From Gammaproteobacteria bacterium (lineage in GTDB: Bacteria; Pseudomonadota; Gammaproteobacteria; SKWO01), in NCBI GenBank assembly GCA_007128895.1, contig SKWO01000010.1, positions 1-54,603 on the forward strand: a stretch of 54,603 bases of DNA, in the 5' to 3' direction. The notes under the pieces were generated by a model, which was not told where the DNA came from, ran no database searches, and saw only the letters and a list, made by a program, of their open reading frames with translations. The position numbers were made by a program, and so were the translations under genes. This document shows, one piece after another, positions 19,300 to 28,764 of the stretch. Numbering within the stretch: the first letter of the stretch is position 1; the number at the start of each line of letters is the position of its first letter.

Positions 19300-20253
19300 A
19301 TGGAAAAGGCCGCACAGGGGACAACGGGGGCGTATACCGTCGAGGTGGGCGGTAACGAGGCCGGTCAGCGTCTCGACAACTTTCTGATCAACCGTCTCAA
19401 GGGTGCTCCGCGCAGCCTGGTCTATCGCATTGTGCGACGCGGTGAGGTGCGGGTGAACAAGGGGCGCATCCGCCCGGACTACCGCCTGGTGGCCGGTGAT
19501 CAGGTGCGCATTCCGCCGCTGCGGCTGGCCGAGCGCGAGGCGCCGGTACGCCCCGGTGATCGCGTGCTGGCATTGATCGAAGCCTCGATCCTCCACGAGG
19601 ATGAGCGGGTGCTGGTGTTGAACAAGCCTTCCGGTATCGCCGTGCACGGTGGTAGCGGTCTGGATTGGGGGGTGATCGAGGCGCTGCGCGCGCTGCGCCC
19701 CGGCCAGTCGCTGGAGCTGGTGCATCGACTGGATCGCGAGACCTCCGGCTGTCTGATGGTGGCCAAACGCCGCTCCGCCCTGCGTACCCTGCACGAGCTT
19801 TTGCGTGGAGGCGGTGTCGAGAAGCGCTACCACGCCTTGCTGCGCGGGGTGTGGCAGGGGGGCGAACGGCGTGTGGTCGCGCCGTTGCTGAAGAATACCC
19901 TGCGCTCCGGCGAGCGGATGGTGCGGGTCGATGAGGCCGGCAAGCCGGCCGAGAGTCGCATCCGATCGCTGCAGTCGTTGCAGGGGGCCACACTGGCCGA
20001 GATACGGCTGGTGACCGGACGCACCCATCAGGCGCGTGTTCATTGTGCCCATATCGGCATGCCGATCGCCGGGGATGCCAAGTACGGTGACGAGGCCTTC
20101 AACGCGCAGCTGCGCGAACAGGGGCTCAACCGGCTCTTTCTGCATGCCCGTTCGCTGCGCCTGCGTTGGCCTGAGGGGGGCGAGCTGGCGGTCGAGGCAC
20201 CCTTGGACAAGGCGCTGCTGGCGGTGGTGCGCCGTCTCGGTGGGCAGCCATGA
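19300..20253 (+). CDS. rluC: 23S rRNA pseudouridine 955/2504/2580 synthase
   Basis: S4 domain (GQRLDNFL...RRGEVRVN), [28 protein letters not shown]; divergent from rne. Confidence 0.95.
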   Translation: MEKAAQGTTGAYTVEVGGNEAGQRLDNFLINRLKGAPRSLVYRIVRRGEVRVNKGRIRPDYRLVAGDQVRIPPLRLAEREAPVRPGDRVLALIEASILHEDERVLVLNKPSGIAVHGGSGLDWGVIEALRALRPGQSLELVHRLDRETSGCLMVAKRRSALRTLHELLRGGGVEKRYHALLRGVWQGGERRVVAPLLKNTLRSGERMVRVDEAGKPAESRIRSLQSLQGATLAEIRLVTGRTHQARVHCAHIGMPIAGDAKYGDEAFNAQLREQGLNRLFLHARSLRLRWPEGGELAVEAPLDKALLAVVRRLGGQP

Positions 20254-20918
20254 GCTGGCGGCTGATCGTCTTTGACTGGGACGGCACGCTGATGGATTCG
20301 CAGGCGCGCATCGTCGCTTCGCTACGTGCCGCGGCGCGGGATATCGCCGCCCCCGAGCGCAGTGATAGTGAACTGGCCGACGTCATCGGGCTGGGGCTGG
20401 TCGAGGCGTTGCAGCAGCTCTTCCCCGAGCTGGAGCCAGCCGATCAGACGCAGCTGGTGGAGCGCTATCGCCACCACTTTCTCGTTGCCGAGCCGACGCC
20501 GACCCGCCTCTTTGATGGGGTGGGCGAGCTGCTGGCACAGCTGGAAGCGGCCGGCTATCTGCTGGCGGTGGCGACCGGCAAGGCGCGCCGCGGGCTGGAT
20601 CGAGTGCTGGCCGAGACCGGCCTCAAGGGCCGTTTTCACGCCACGCGCTGCGCCGACGAGAGCCGTTCCAAGCCACATCCGCAGATGCTGCTGGAGGTGA
20701 TGGAGCTGACCGGTGTGGCGGCGTACGAGACGGTGATGGTGGGTGATACGGTCTACGACCTGGAGATGGCGCGCCACGCCGGTACGGCGTCGGTGGGGGT
20801 GAGCTGGGGTGTGCATGCGGTCGAGCGGTTGCAGGGCTGCGCGCCGTTGGCCTGTATTGATCGATGGGATGAACTGCCGGCGCTGCTGGCATCGACTCGG
20901 CCCGAGGTGAAAGGATGA
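20250..20918 (+). CDS. HAD-IA hydrolase (phosphoglycolate phosphatase-like)
   Basis: [28 protein letters not shown]. Confidence 0.88.
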   Translation: MSWRLIVFDWDGTLMDSQARIVASLRAAARDIAAPERSDSELADVIGLGLVEALQQLFPELEPADQTQLVERYRHHFLVAEPTPTRLFDGVGELLAQLEAAGYLLAVATGKARRGLDRVLAETGLKGRFHATRCADESRSKPHPQMLLEVMELTGVAAYETVMVGDTVYDLEMARHAGTASVGVSWGVHAVERLQGCAPLACIDRWDELPALLASTRPEVKG

Positions 20919-21943
20919 CGGACAAATGGTTGTCAGGTGTGGGCTGGGATCGGCCCGCTGAGAAGTCGAGCCAGACGGCGCAGGCACCCTCGGAGGGTGC
21001 CCCCGGTTGGGAGCGCGAGACGCTCAACAAGCTGCTCTTCGACTCGCTGCAGGAGCAGCGGCGCAAGCGGCGCTGGGGCATCTTCTTCCGTCTGCTCGGT
21101 TTTGCCTACCTCTTTGCGATCGGCTGGCTGCTGTGGCAGGGCAGCGACGGACTGGGCGGCGATGGCGACCGCGGCAAGGGACAGCACACCGCACTGGTGG
21201 AGGTGCAGGGCATCATCGCCGATGGGGCCCAGGCGAGTGCCGATGCGGTGGTCGGCGGGCTGCGGGCGGCCTTTCGCGATCGCAACACGGCGGCGGTGGT
21301 GCTGCGCATCAACAGCCCGGGCGGCAGTCCGGTACAGGCCGGCTACATCAACGATGAGATTCGGCGGCTGCGCGCGTTGCACCCGGAGACCCCGCTCTAC
21401 GCGGTAATCAGTGATCTGGGCGCCTCCGGCGGTTACTACATCGCCGCTTCGGCCGACCAGATCTACGTCAACGAGTCGAGTCTGGTCGGTTCGATCGGTG
21501 TCCTGATGAACGGCTTCGGTTTTGTCGATGCGATCGACAAGCTGGGCATCGAGCGGCGCCTGATGACCGCCGGCGAGCACAAGGGCTTCTTCGACCCCTT
21601 CCTGCCGATGACGGAGGCGGATGAGGCGCATATCCACCAGCTGCTCGATCGGCTGCACGAGCGCTTCATCGAGGTGGTGCGCGAGGGGCGTGGTGAGCGC
21701 CTGACGGGCGATGAGGCGCTGCTTTTCAGTGGTCTGATCTGGTCCGGCCTGGAGAGCATTGAACTGGGGCTGGCGGATGGGCTGGGCAGTGCCAGCTACG
21801 TGGCGCGTGAGGTGGTCGGCGTCGAGCGCATGGTCGATTTTACCCGCCGTCCCCACTACCTGGAACGGATGATCGAACGCCTCGGCATGGTGGTGGCCGA
21901 CCGCCTGGCGACCCATCTCGGCGGGCAGTGGCAGTTGCGTTAA
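20915..21943 (+). CDS. S49 family peptidase (SppA-like)
   Basis: LRINSPGGSP, ASGGYYIA, VGSIGV, AGEHKG; N-terminal TM. Confidence 0.92.
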   Translation: MTDKWLSGVGWDRPAEKSSQTAQAPSEGAPGWERETLNKLLFDSLQEQRRKRRWGIFFRLLGFAYLFAIGWLLWQGSDGLGGDGDRGKGQHTALVEVQGIIADGAQASADAVVGGLRAAFRDRNTAAVVLRINSPGGSPVQAGYINDEIRRLRALHPETPLYAVISDLGASGGYYIAASADQIYVNESSLVGSIGVLMNGFGFVDAIDKLGIERRLMTAGEHKGFFDPFLPMTEADEAHIHQLLDRLHERFIEVVREGRGERLTGDEALLFSGLIWSGLESIELGLADGLGSASYVAREVVGVERMVDFTRRPHYLERMIERLGMVVADRLATHLGGQWQLR

Positions 21944-21962
21944 GGAAGCGTTGCTTCCTTAA
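21940..21962. terminator. Hairpin between convergent S49 peptidase and maf genes
   Basis: Perfect 10-bp inverted repeat TTAAGGAAGC-GTT-GCTTCCTTAA containing both TAA stops; no long U tract. Confidence 0.45.
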
Positions 21963-22543
21963 GGAATTTTCACGCCGGCTGTTTGCAGCATCGTGACCAG
22001 ACGGATCAGCGGCAGGCCGATCAGGGCGTTGGGGTCGTCGCCCTCGAACCGTTCGAGGAGGGTGACGCCCAGGCCCTCGGCCTTGCACGCGCCGGCGCAG
22101 TCGTACGGCTGCTCGCGGTCGAGGTAGCGCGCGATGGTGGCGTCGTCGAGACGGCGAAAGTGGACCCGGAAGGGGACGCAATCGAGCTGAAACGAGCCGT
22201 CGCGGGCGTCGAGCAGACAGAGGCCGGTGAGCAGCTCGCTGCAGCGGCCCGAGGCGCGTCGCAGCTGCTCCTCGGCCCGCTCGCGGCTGCCCGGCTTGCC
22301 GGTGATTTCGCCATCGATGACCGCGACCTGGTCGGAGCCGATGATCAGCGCCTGCGGATGGGCGGCGGCCACGGCCTCGGCCTTGGCGCGGGCCAGTCGG
22401 GTGGCCAGCTCGGTCGGTGACTCATCCGCCAGACGGCGTTCATCGACCTGCGGTGCGGCGCAGGTGAAGGGCAGGCCGAGCCGCTCCAGCAGGGCGCGGC
22501 GGTAGGGTGAGGTGGAGGCCAGGACCAGTGGGCGGTTCATCAT
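21959..22543 (-). CDS. maf: Maf/YceF nucleoside triphosphate pyrophosphatase
   Basis: LVLASTSPYRRALL, IIGSDQV, GKPG, EQPYDCAG, DPNALIGLPL. Confidence 0.93.
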   Translation of the reverse strand: MMNRPLVLASTSPYRRALLERLGLPFTCAAPQVDERRLADESPTELATRLARAKAEAVAAAHPQALIIGSDQVAVIDGEITGKPGSRERAEEQLRRASGRCSELLTGLCLLDARDGSFQLDCVPFRVHFRRLDDATIARYLDREQPYDCAGACKAEGLGVTLLERFEGDDPNALIGLPLIRLVTMLQTAGVKIP

Positions 22544-24354
22544 TCGATCTCGATCAACGCTTCGTCCGGGGTGACGCTGTCGCCCTTGGCGACATGGATC
22601 GCCTTGATCGTGCCGGCCACCGGCGCCTGCACCTCGGTCTCCATCTTCATCGCCTCGGTGATCAGTACCGGCTGGCCGGCGCTGACGGCATCGCCCGGCT
22701 TGACCAGGATGTCGACCACGCTGCCCGGCATCGAGGCGCTGACGTGGCCGGGCTGGGTGGCGCGTGGGCGGCCGTTGCCGCTGTTGCCGGCGGCAGCGCG
22801 GCCCTCACCATCCGGGGCAAACTCGGCGATCGTCTCCAGCAGTACCTCCTCTGGCTCGCCGTCGACGGTCAGGTAGAAGGGGCGCTGCGCCTGGCTGCGG
22901 TGGCCGGCGCCGGTCAGGCGCACGTGGTAGCTCTCGCCGTGCAAGGTGATGGTGAACTCGGTTGGCGCGGCACGTCGCTCGGCCGACTCGGTCGGCAGCT
23001 CCAATGGCTCTGGAGTCAAGGTGCCGTCCTGGCGCGCCTGCAGGAACTTGCGACCGATCTCGGGGAACATGGCGTAGGTGAGGACGTCTTCTTCCGAGCG
23101 GGCCAACGCACCGATCTCGTCGCGCAGTCGTGCCATCTCCGGCGCCAGACGGTCGGCCGGCCGGCCTTCGATCGGCGGTTCGCCGCCCAGGGCGAGACGG
23201 CGCAGCCCCTCGTCGACCGGGCCAGGCGCGCGGCCGTAACGGCCCTGCAGGTAGAAGCGGGTCTCGTTGGTGATGGTCTTGTAGCGCTCGCCGGTGAGGA
23301 CGTTGAGTACCGCCTGGGTGCCGACGATCTGCGAGGTCGGGGTGACCAGGGGCGGGTAGCCAAGCTCCTTGCGCACGCGCGGGATCTCGGCGAGTACCTC
23401 GTCCATGCGGTCGAGCGCCCCTTGTTCACGCAGCTGGTTGGAGAGGTTGGAGATCATGCCGCCGGGTACCTGATTGACCTGAACCCGGGTGTCGAGGCCG
23501 GTGAACTCGCTCTCGAAGCGGGCGTACTTGCGCCGTACTTCGCGGAAGTAGAAGCCGATCTCCTGCAGCAGTTCGAGATCCAGGCCGCTGTCGTACGGGG
23601 TATCGCGCAAGGCGGCGACCAGGCTCTCGGTGGCGGCGTGGCTGGTGCCGCCGGAGAAGGCCGAGATCGCCGTGTCGATGCCGAGTGCGCCGTGCTCGAT
23701 CGCCTTGTACTGGCAGATGGCGGAGAGGCCGGCAGTGGCGTGCGAGTGGATGTGCAGCGGGATCGGCACCGCACCGGTGATCGCCGTGGTCAGCTCGGCG
23801 GCGACCTGAGGGGTGAGCAGGCCGGCCATGTCCTTGAGAGCCAGGCTGTCGCAGCCCATGGTATGCAGCTCACGCGCCTGCTGGACAAACTGTTCTACGG
23901 TGTGAACCGGGCTGGTGGTGTAGCAGATCGTCCCTTGGGCATGTTGCCCGGTGGCCTTGACCGCCTCGATCGGTACCTGCAGGTTGCGCAGGTCGTTCAT
24001 CGCGTCGAAGACGCGGAAGATACTGACGCCATTGGCGGCGGCCCGCTCGATGAAGGCGTGGACCACGTCGTCCGGGTAGTGGCGGTAGCCGAGCAGGTTC
24101 TGGCCGCGCAGCAGCATCTGGATCGGTGTGTTGGGCAGCGCCGCGTGCAGTGCGCGCAGCCGCTCCCACGGGTCTTCCTGCAGAAAGCGGACGCAGGCGT
24201 CGAAGGTGGCGCCGCCCCACGCCTCCAGCGACCAGAAGCCGACCCGGTCGAGGCGCTCGCAGATCGGCAGCATGTCCTCGGTACGCAGGCGGGTGGCGAT
24301 CAGCGACTGGTGGGCGTCGCGTAGAACGGTATCGGTGATGCGGACTTTTGGCAT
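22540..24354 (-). CDS. pycB: Pyruvate carboxylase subunit B (carboxyltransferase plus biotin carrier; OadA-like)
   Basis: LRDAHQSLIATR, EAWGGATFD, KDMAG, HIHSH, QVPGGM, VTPTSQIVG, EAMKM biotin-Lys; follows a biotin carboxylase, and no oadB/oadG is adjacent. Confidence 0.88.
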   Translation of the reverse strand: MPKVRITDTVLRDAHQSLIATRLRTEDMLPICERLDRVGFWSLEAWGGATFDACVRFLQEDPWERLRALHAALPNTPIQMLLRGQNLLGYRHYPDDVVHAFIERAAANGVSIFRVFDAMNDLRNLQVPIEAVKATGQHAQGTICYTTSPVHTVEQFVQQARELHTMGCDSLALKDMAGLLTPQVAAELTTAITGAVPIPLHIHSHATAGLSAICQYKAIEHGALGIDTAISAFSGGTSHAATESLVAALRDTPYDSGLDLELLQEIGFYFREVRRKYARFESEFTGLDTRVQVNQVPGGMISNLSNQLREQGALDRMDEVLAEIPRVRKELGYPPLVTPTSQIVGTQAVLNVLTGERYKTITNETRFYLQGRYGRAPGPVDEGLRRLALGGEPPIEGRPADRLAPEMARLRDEIGALARSEEDVLTYAMFPEIGRKFLQARQDGTLTPEPLELPTESAERRAAPTEFTITLHGESYHVRLTGAGHRSQAQRPFYLTVDGEPEEVLLETIAEFAPDGEGRAAAGNSGNGRPRATQPGHVSASMPGSVVDILVKPGDAVSAGQPVLITEAMKMETEVQAPVAGTIKAIHVAKGDSVTPDEALIEIE

Positions 24355-24358
24355 GACG

Positions 24359-25774
24359 TCAGTATCCATGGTGGGCGACAAGGGCGGCTGCGATGGCAGC
24401 GGCCAGTTCGTTGCGTGAGCGGCGCACCGAGTAGTCGGTCAGCTCCGGGTGGGCCTCGACGAAGCCGGTATTGAAATGGCCGGAGGCGAAGGTCGGGTCG
24501 TCGAGGATGGCTCGATAGTAGGGGACCGTGGTCTTGATCCCGTAGACGCCAAGATCGTCGAGCGCGCGCCGGGCACGGCGCAGCAGCGCCTCCCAGCTGG
24601 GCGCCCAGACGATCAGTTTGGCGCACATCGAGTCGTACCACGGCGGGATGGTGTAGCCGGTGTAGATCGCCGAGTCGATGCGGACACCGGGGCCGCCGGG
24701 GGCGAAGTAGCGGGTGATGCGGCCGTAGCTTGGCAGAAAGCCGTTCTTCGGGTCTTCTGCGTTGATGCGAAACTCCATGGCGAAGCCGCGGCAGGTCACC
24801 TCGGCCTGGGTGAAGCCCAGCGGAAGACCGGCGGCGATGCGCAGCTGCTCCTGAACGATGTCGATGCCGGTGACCGCCTCGGTCACCGGGTGTTCGACCT
24901 GCAGCCGGGTGTTCATCTCCATGAAGTAGAACTCGCCGCTGGCGTCGAGCAGGAACTCGACGGTGCCGGCGTTGGTGTAGCCGACCTCGCGTGCGGCCTG
25001 CACGGCCAGTTGACCGACCTTTTCTCGCTGCGCTTCACTCAGCTGGGGTGAGGGTGCGATCTCGATCAGCTTCTGGTGGCGGCGCTGGATCGAGCAGTCG
25101 CGCTCGAACAGGTGGATGGCGTTGCCGTGGCTGTCGGCGAGGACCTGTACCTCGATGTGGCGCGGGTCGACGATGCACTTTTCCAGAAAGAGCTCGGTGT
25201 TGCCGAACGCCTTGCCGGCTTCGGAGATGACGCGCGGGTAGTGGCTGCGCAGCTCGGCTTCACTGTCGCAGCGGCGGATGCCGCGACCGCCGCCGCCGGC
25301 ACTTGCCTTGAGCATCACCGGGTAGCCGATCTGCGCGGCGGCCGTGACGGCCTCGTCGAGCGAGGTCAATCCCTGGGTGCCGGGGGTGACCGGCACGCCG
25401 GCACGGATCATCAGCGCGCGCGCGGCGGTCTTGTCGCCCATGGTACGGATCACGTCGGCGCTGGGGCCGACGAACAGGATGCCGCGGCGGCGGCACGCCT
25501 CGGCCAGTTCCGGGTTCTCCGACAAGAATCCATAGCCGGGGTGAAGGGCGTCGCAGCCGGTGGCGGCCGCCAGATTGACCAGACGGTGGACGTTGAGATA
25601 GCCGGCGACCGTGTCCGGGCCGAGACAGTGGGCCTCGTCGGCCTTCTTGACGTGCAGCGCATGGCGATCCGCCTCGGCAAAGACGGCGACCGACGTAATG
25701 CCCATCTCGGCGCAAGCGCGCGCGATGCGGACGGCGATTTCGCCACGGTTGGCGATGAGCAGTTTGCGAATCAC
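24359..25774 (-). CDS. pycA: Pyruvate carboxylase subunit A (biotin carboxylase)
   Basis: LIANRGEIAVR, HPGYGFLSEN, GGGGRGIR, ERDCSIQRRHQK, EMNTRLQVEH, YDSMCAK; GTG start. Confidence 0.88.
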   Translation of the reverse strand: MIRKLLIANRGEIAVRIARACAEMGITSVAVFAEADRHALHVKKADEAHCLGPDTVAGYLNVHRLVNLAAATGCDALHPGYGFLSENPELAEACRRRGILFVGPSADVIRTMGDKTAARALMIRAGVPVTPGTQGLTSLDEAVTAAAQIGYPVMLKASAGGGGRGIRRCDSEAELRSHYPRVISEAGKAFGNTELFLEKCIVDPRHIEVQVLADSHGNAIHLFERDCSIQRRHQKLIEIAPSPQLSEAQREKVGQLAVQAAREVGYTNAGTVEFLLDASGEFYFMEMNTRLQVEHPVTEAVTGIDIVQEQLRIAAGLPLGFTQAEVTCRGFAMEFRINAEDPKNGFLPSYGRITRYFAPGGPGVRIDSAIYTGYTIPPWYDSMCAKLIVWAPSWEALLRRARRALDDLGVYGIKTTVPYYRAILDDPTFASGHFNTGFVEAHPELTDYSVRRSRNELAAAIAAALVAHHGY

Positions 25775-25811
25775 GAAGGGGTTTCCGGGCTCTGCAAGGG
25801 GTCTGTGGATA

Positions 25812-25844
25812 GTTAACGGAGGGTTAACGCGGAGCTGCTAGACT
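25812..25844 (+). promoter_or_regulatory. Direct repeat GTTAAC-N5-GTTAAC plus extended -10 TGC-TAGACT
   Basis: GTTAACG at 25812 and 25823 (11-bp period); TGCTAGACT at 25836-25844. Confidence 0.55.
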
Positions 25845-25850
25845 GACGCT

Positions 25851-25939
25851 TGAAATGCTGCCACTGGGTACCTGATGGGTCTGGTGGTTGCATTTCTATC
25901 CCCTCGTTTTGGCGGCTCGCATGAGCCGCCATTTTTTTT
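25851..25939 (+). ncRNA. Candidate ~90-nt small RNA
   Basis: Promoter-like -10 upstream; long 5' hairpin (GAAATGC 25852-58 pairs with GCATTTC 25890-96); single-stranded UAUCCCCUCG; intrinsic terminator; no + strand gene upstream that needs terminating. Confidence 0.6.
25910..25939 (+). terminator. Rho-independent terminator
   Basis: TGGCGGCTC-GCAT-GAGCCGCCA followed by T8. Confidence 0.88.
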
Positions 25940-26039
25940 GCGGCTGGCGCCACCCTGCTTTTCATTGTAGGTCAGTCGGCAAGAAACCGAAACCGATCTT
26001 GGGCTAGAATTGATCTCTCGAATCAGGAGAGGGAGCGAC

Positions 26040-26969
26040 ATGGGGCTGCAACTGGTCGATCTCGTCTGTGTGGGTGATGAGGCCGCGCACAACGCCTTTA
26101 CCGATCTGGTCCACTTCCTGGGGCGCTACTGGCTGGTCTACCGTGAGGGCAGCGGTCACGTCTCCCCGGATGGGACGATTCGTGTCTGTGCCTCTGAAGA
26201 TGGCCGGCTCTGGTCAACCGTGGCGCGGATTGAAGAGGTGGGCGAGGATCTGCGCGATCCCAAGCTCTCGGTGACCCCGGATGGCCGGCTGATGCTGATT
26301 GCGGCCAGCGTCGTGCGTCCTTCCGGTGGGCCGATAGTGCTGCACAATCTGGTCTGGTTCTCTCGCGATGGCCGTGAGTGGGGCGAATCGACCGCGGTCG
26401 GTGAGCGCGACCTTTGGTTGTGGCGGGTGACCTGGCAGGGGGATCGGGCCTGGGGCATCGCTTACAGCACCGGCCATTATCGCCACCAGACGCGCTTTGT
26501 TCGGCTCTATACCAGTGTCGACGGCATCAGTTTTGCGCCGCTCGGACGGCAGATCTACCAGGGCGGCTATCCGAGCGAGCACGCCCTTCTCTTTGCCGGC
26601 GATGGCACGGCGTGGTGTCTGCTGCGCTGTGACGATGAGGCGAATACGGCGATGATCGGCCACGCGCGCGAGCCCTATGCGCAGTGGCAGTGGCGGCCGG
26701 TTGGGATGCGTCTGGGCGGTCCGCAGATGATCGCTGACGGCGCCGGGCAGGCACTGGTCGCGGCACGTCTGTATGAGGGGAAGACACGCACCGCGCTTTG
26801 CACGCTCGATCTGGCCTCGGCCACCCTGAGCGAGCAGCTGGTGTTGCCATCGGGGGGAGATACCAGCTATCCCGGTGTGGTCGCCGTCGATGGCGGTTGG
26901 CTGGTCAGCTACTACTCGGCGCACGAAGGGCCGTGCCGCGTCTATGTGGCGCGCGTGGCCCGAAACTGA
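26040..26969 (+). CDS. BNR/Asp-box (sialidase-fold) beta-propeller protein, function unknown
   Basis: HNAFTDL, SEDGRLW, SRDGREW, SVDGISF Asp-boxes; DLRDPKL; LPSGGDTSYPG; no signal peptide; RBS AGGAGAGGGAG; -10 TAGAAT at 26005. Confidence 0.75.
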   Translation: MGLQLVDLVCVGDEAAHNAFTDLVHFLGRYWLVYREGSGHVSPDGTIRVCASEDGRLWSTVARIEEVGEDLRDPKLSVTPDGRLMLIAASVVRPSGGPIVLHNLVWFSRDGREWGESTAVGERDLWLWRVTWQGDRAWGIAYSTGHYRHQTRFVRLYTSVDGISFAPLGRQIYQGGYPSEHALLFAGDGTAWCLLRCDDEANTAMIGHAREPYAQWQWRPVGMRLGGPQMIADGAGQALVAARLYEGKTRTALCTLDLASATLSEQLVLPSGGDTSYPGVVAVDGGWLVSYYSAHEGPCRVYVARVARN

Positions 26970-26981
26970 GGGGTGGATATC

Positions 26982-27293
26982 ATGTTCAAGCTGGTCTTTT
27001 TCGTGCCTGAAAGCCACCTGGAGACGGTCAAACAGGCCGTCTTCGATGTCGGCGCCGGGCGCATGGGCGACTATGAGCACTGCTGCTGGCAGGTCGCGGG
27101 GCAGGGGCAGTTTCGCCCACTGGCCGGGAGTCAGCCCTTTATCGGTCGGCAGGGCGAGGTGGAGCAGGTGGCCGAGTATCGGGTCGAGATGGTCTGCGAC
27201 GGGGCGGTGATCGAAGCCGCCGTGGCGGCGCTGCGGGCGGCCCATCCCTACGAGGAGCCGGCCTTCGATGTCTGGCGTCTGGAGGCTTTCTGA
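26982..27293 (+). CDS. YqfO/NIF3-related small protein (PII-like insert domain)
   Basis: KLVFFVP, GAGRMGDYEHC, GQGQFRPLAGSQPFIG, AHPYEEPAFD. Confidence 0.85.
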   Translation: MFKLVFFVPESHLETVKQAVFDVGAGRMGDYEHCCWQVAGQGQFRPLAGSQPFIGRQGEVEQVAEYRVEMVCDGAVIEAAVAALRAAHPYEEPAFDVWRLEAF

Positions 27294-28762
27294 TGCGTCG
27301 TCTGCTGGTGATGGTCGTGTTGCTGGTGGCTGCCTGGCCGGCCCAGGCGGCGATCGACTGGGTCACGTCGTATGAATCCGGGTTGGATGAGGCCGAGCGA
27401 CAGGGACGGCCGGCACTGCTCTATTTCGACGCCGGCTGGTGCAGCTGGTGCCACCGCTGGCTGGAGGGGGCGTTGGCCGACCCGCGCGTGGCGGCACTGA
27501 TTGAGCAGCGTTTCGTGCCGATCAAGGTCGATTACGACGCCCGTCCTGACCTGGTTGAGCGCTATCGGGTGACTGGCCTGCCCTTCACCGCCGTGGTCGA
27601 GGCCGACGGCGCCGTGCGTCTGGGTTTTGTCGGTCTGGTGGCCACGGACGATCTGTTGCGTCGGCTCGAGGATGAGGTGGGGGGGCGGCGTGATGCCGAG
27701 CTGCGCCTGGCGGCCTTTCCGCCGATCCGGCCGGCTTCGCTGGATGAGGCGGGCTATGCCGTCTTCGAGGAGGCCTTTCTGGAGGCGCTCGAACGGCTCT
27801 ACGATGCCGAGCGCGAGGCGCTTTGGGGGCTTTTTGAAACCGGCCTGAGCCTGAAATGGCCGCAGCCGATGACGTGGCTCTGGCTGGAAGAGCGCGGTCT
27901 GTGGCCTGAGCGCCACAGGGCGGCGCGACAGGGGGAGGTGGCGCGGCTGTGGGATGGCGTCGATGGCGGCTTCTTTCTCTATCGCGATGTCACTCCGCCG
28001 CTGGACCATCTGGAGACGGCCAAGCTGCTCGAGCCGAACGCCTGGATGACCGCCTGGCTCTCCAACGGTAGCCGGCGCGAGACACGCCATGCGGCGGCTT
28101 CGGCACTGCTCTATATCCATTCGACCCTGCGCGAACATGGGACCGGCGGGCTGTTTCAGGCCCAGCGCGCCGATGCTGCCTACTATGCCTTGCCGGCGGC
28201 CGAGCGGCTGCGCCGCGAGCCGCCGGTGGTCGACCCGGTGCAGCGGGCCGACAGCAACGGGCTGGCCGTGGTGGCGCTGGCCTGCGCCGTGCGCCGGGGG
28301 GCGCCACAGCGTACGGTGCTCGACCTGGCCACCGGCGCGCTCGACTTTCTGCTCGAGGAGATGGTCGAGGGCGGACGGCTTTATCACTACCGCGAGGCCG
28401 GTCAACTGACCGAGTCGGCCTTCGCCCTCGATCTTTTTGCCGTGCTGGCTGCCGGTCTGGCCCTGGATGCGCTGCAGCCGGAGGCCGGCTGGCTGGCGCG
28501 CCTGCAGCCGATCGCGGAGCAGGCTGCCGATTGGCTGGCGGAGGCGGATGAGGCGGTCTGGTCGAATCGACTGGCCGGCTGGGTGGCTTGGGTCGCCGTG
28601 CAGGCGCGTTTCGATCTGCCGGAGGGGAGTGTCGAGCGTGCGCTGCAGCAGCTTTCGCTCGGGGCGGAGACCTTGCCGGACGAGTTGATCCCCGGGCTGG
28701 CCGCTTGGCGGCTCCGGCTGCAGCCGGAGCGATTGTCGCTCGCCGGTTGCTGGGGGCGATAG
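27293..28762 (+). CDS. Exported thioredoxin-domain protein (DUF255/YyaL-like) with helical C-terminal region
   Basis: Signal peptide AQA-AIDW; WCSWCH; FVPIKVD...RPDL...GLPFT; GGFF...HLETAKLL resembles the YyaL GGF..PHFEKML motif. Confidence 0.7.
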   Translation: MRRLLVMVVLLVAAWPAQAAIDWVTSYESGLDEAERQGRPALLYFDAGWCSWCHRWLEGALADPRVAALIEQRFVPIKVDYDARPDLVERYRVTGLPFTAVVEADGAVRLGFVGLVATDDLLRRLEDEVGGRRDAELRLAAFPPIRPASLDEAGYAVFEEAFLEALERLYDAEREALWGLFETGLSLKWPQPMTWLWLEERGLWPERHRAARQGEVARLWDGVDGGFFLYRDVTPPLDHLETAKLLEPNAWMTAWLSNGSRRETRHAAASALLYIHSTLREHGTGGLFQAQRADAAYYALPAAERLRREPPVVDPVQRADSNGLAVVALACAVRRGAPQRTVLDLATGALDFLLEEMVEGGRLYHYREAGQLTESAFALDLFAVLAAGLALDALQPEAGWLARLQPIAEQAADWLAEADEAVWSNRLAGWVAWVAVQARFDLPEGSVERALQQLSLGAETLPDELIPGLAAWRLRLQPERLSLAGCWGR

Positions 28763-28764
28763 GC

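Noticed and set aside
18799-20145. 449-aa N-terminal extension of RNase E implied by the 1360-aa ORF
   Set aside because: The canonical MKRML start is at 18798; the extension runs through the promoter and antisense to rluC and looks like GC-rich shadow sequence.
22540-24354. Na+-pumping oxaloacetate decarboxylase (oadA)
   Set aside because: No oadB/oadG membrane subunits are adjacent; pairing with a biotin carboxylase indicates pyruvate carboxylase.
25855-25875. Mini-ORF MLPLGT* inside the sRNA candidate
   Set aside because: Six codons, no RBS, and buried in the hairpin stem.
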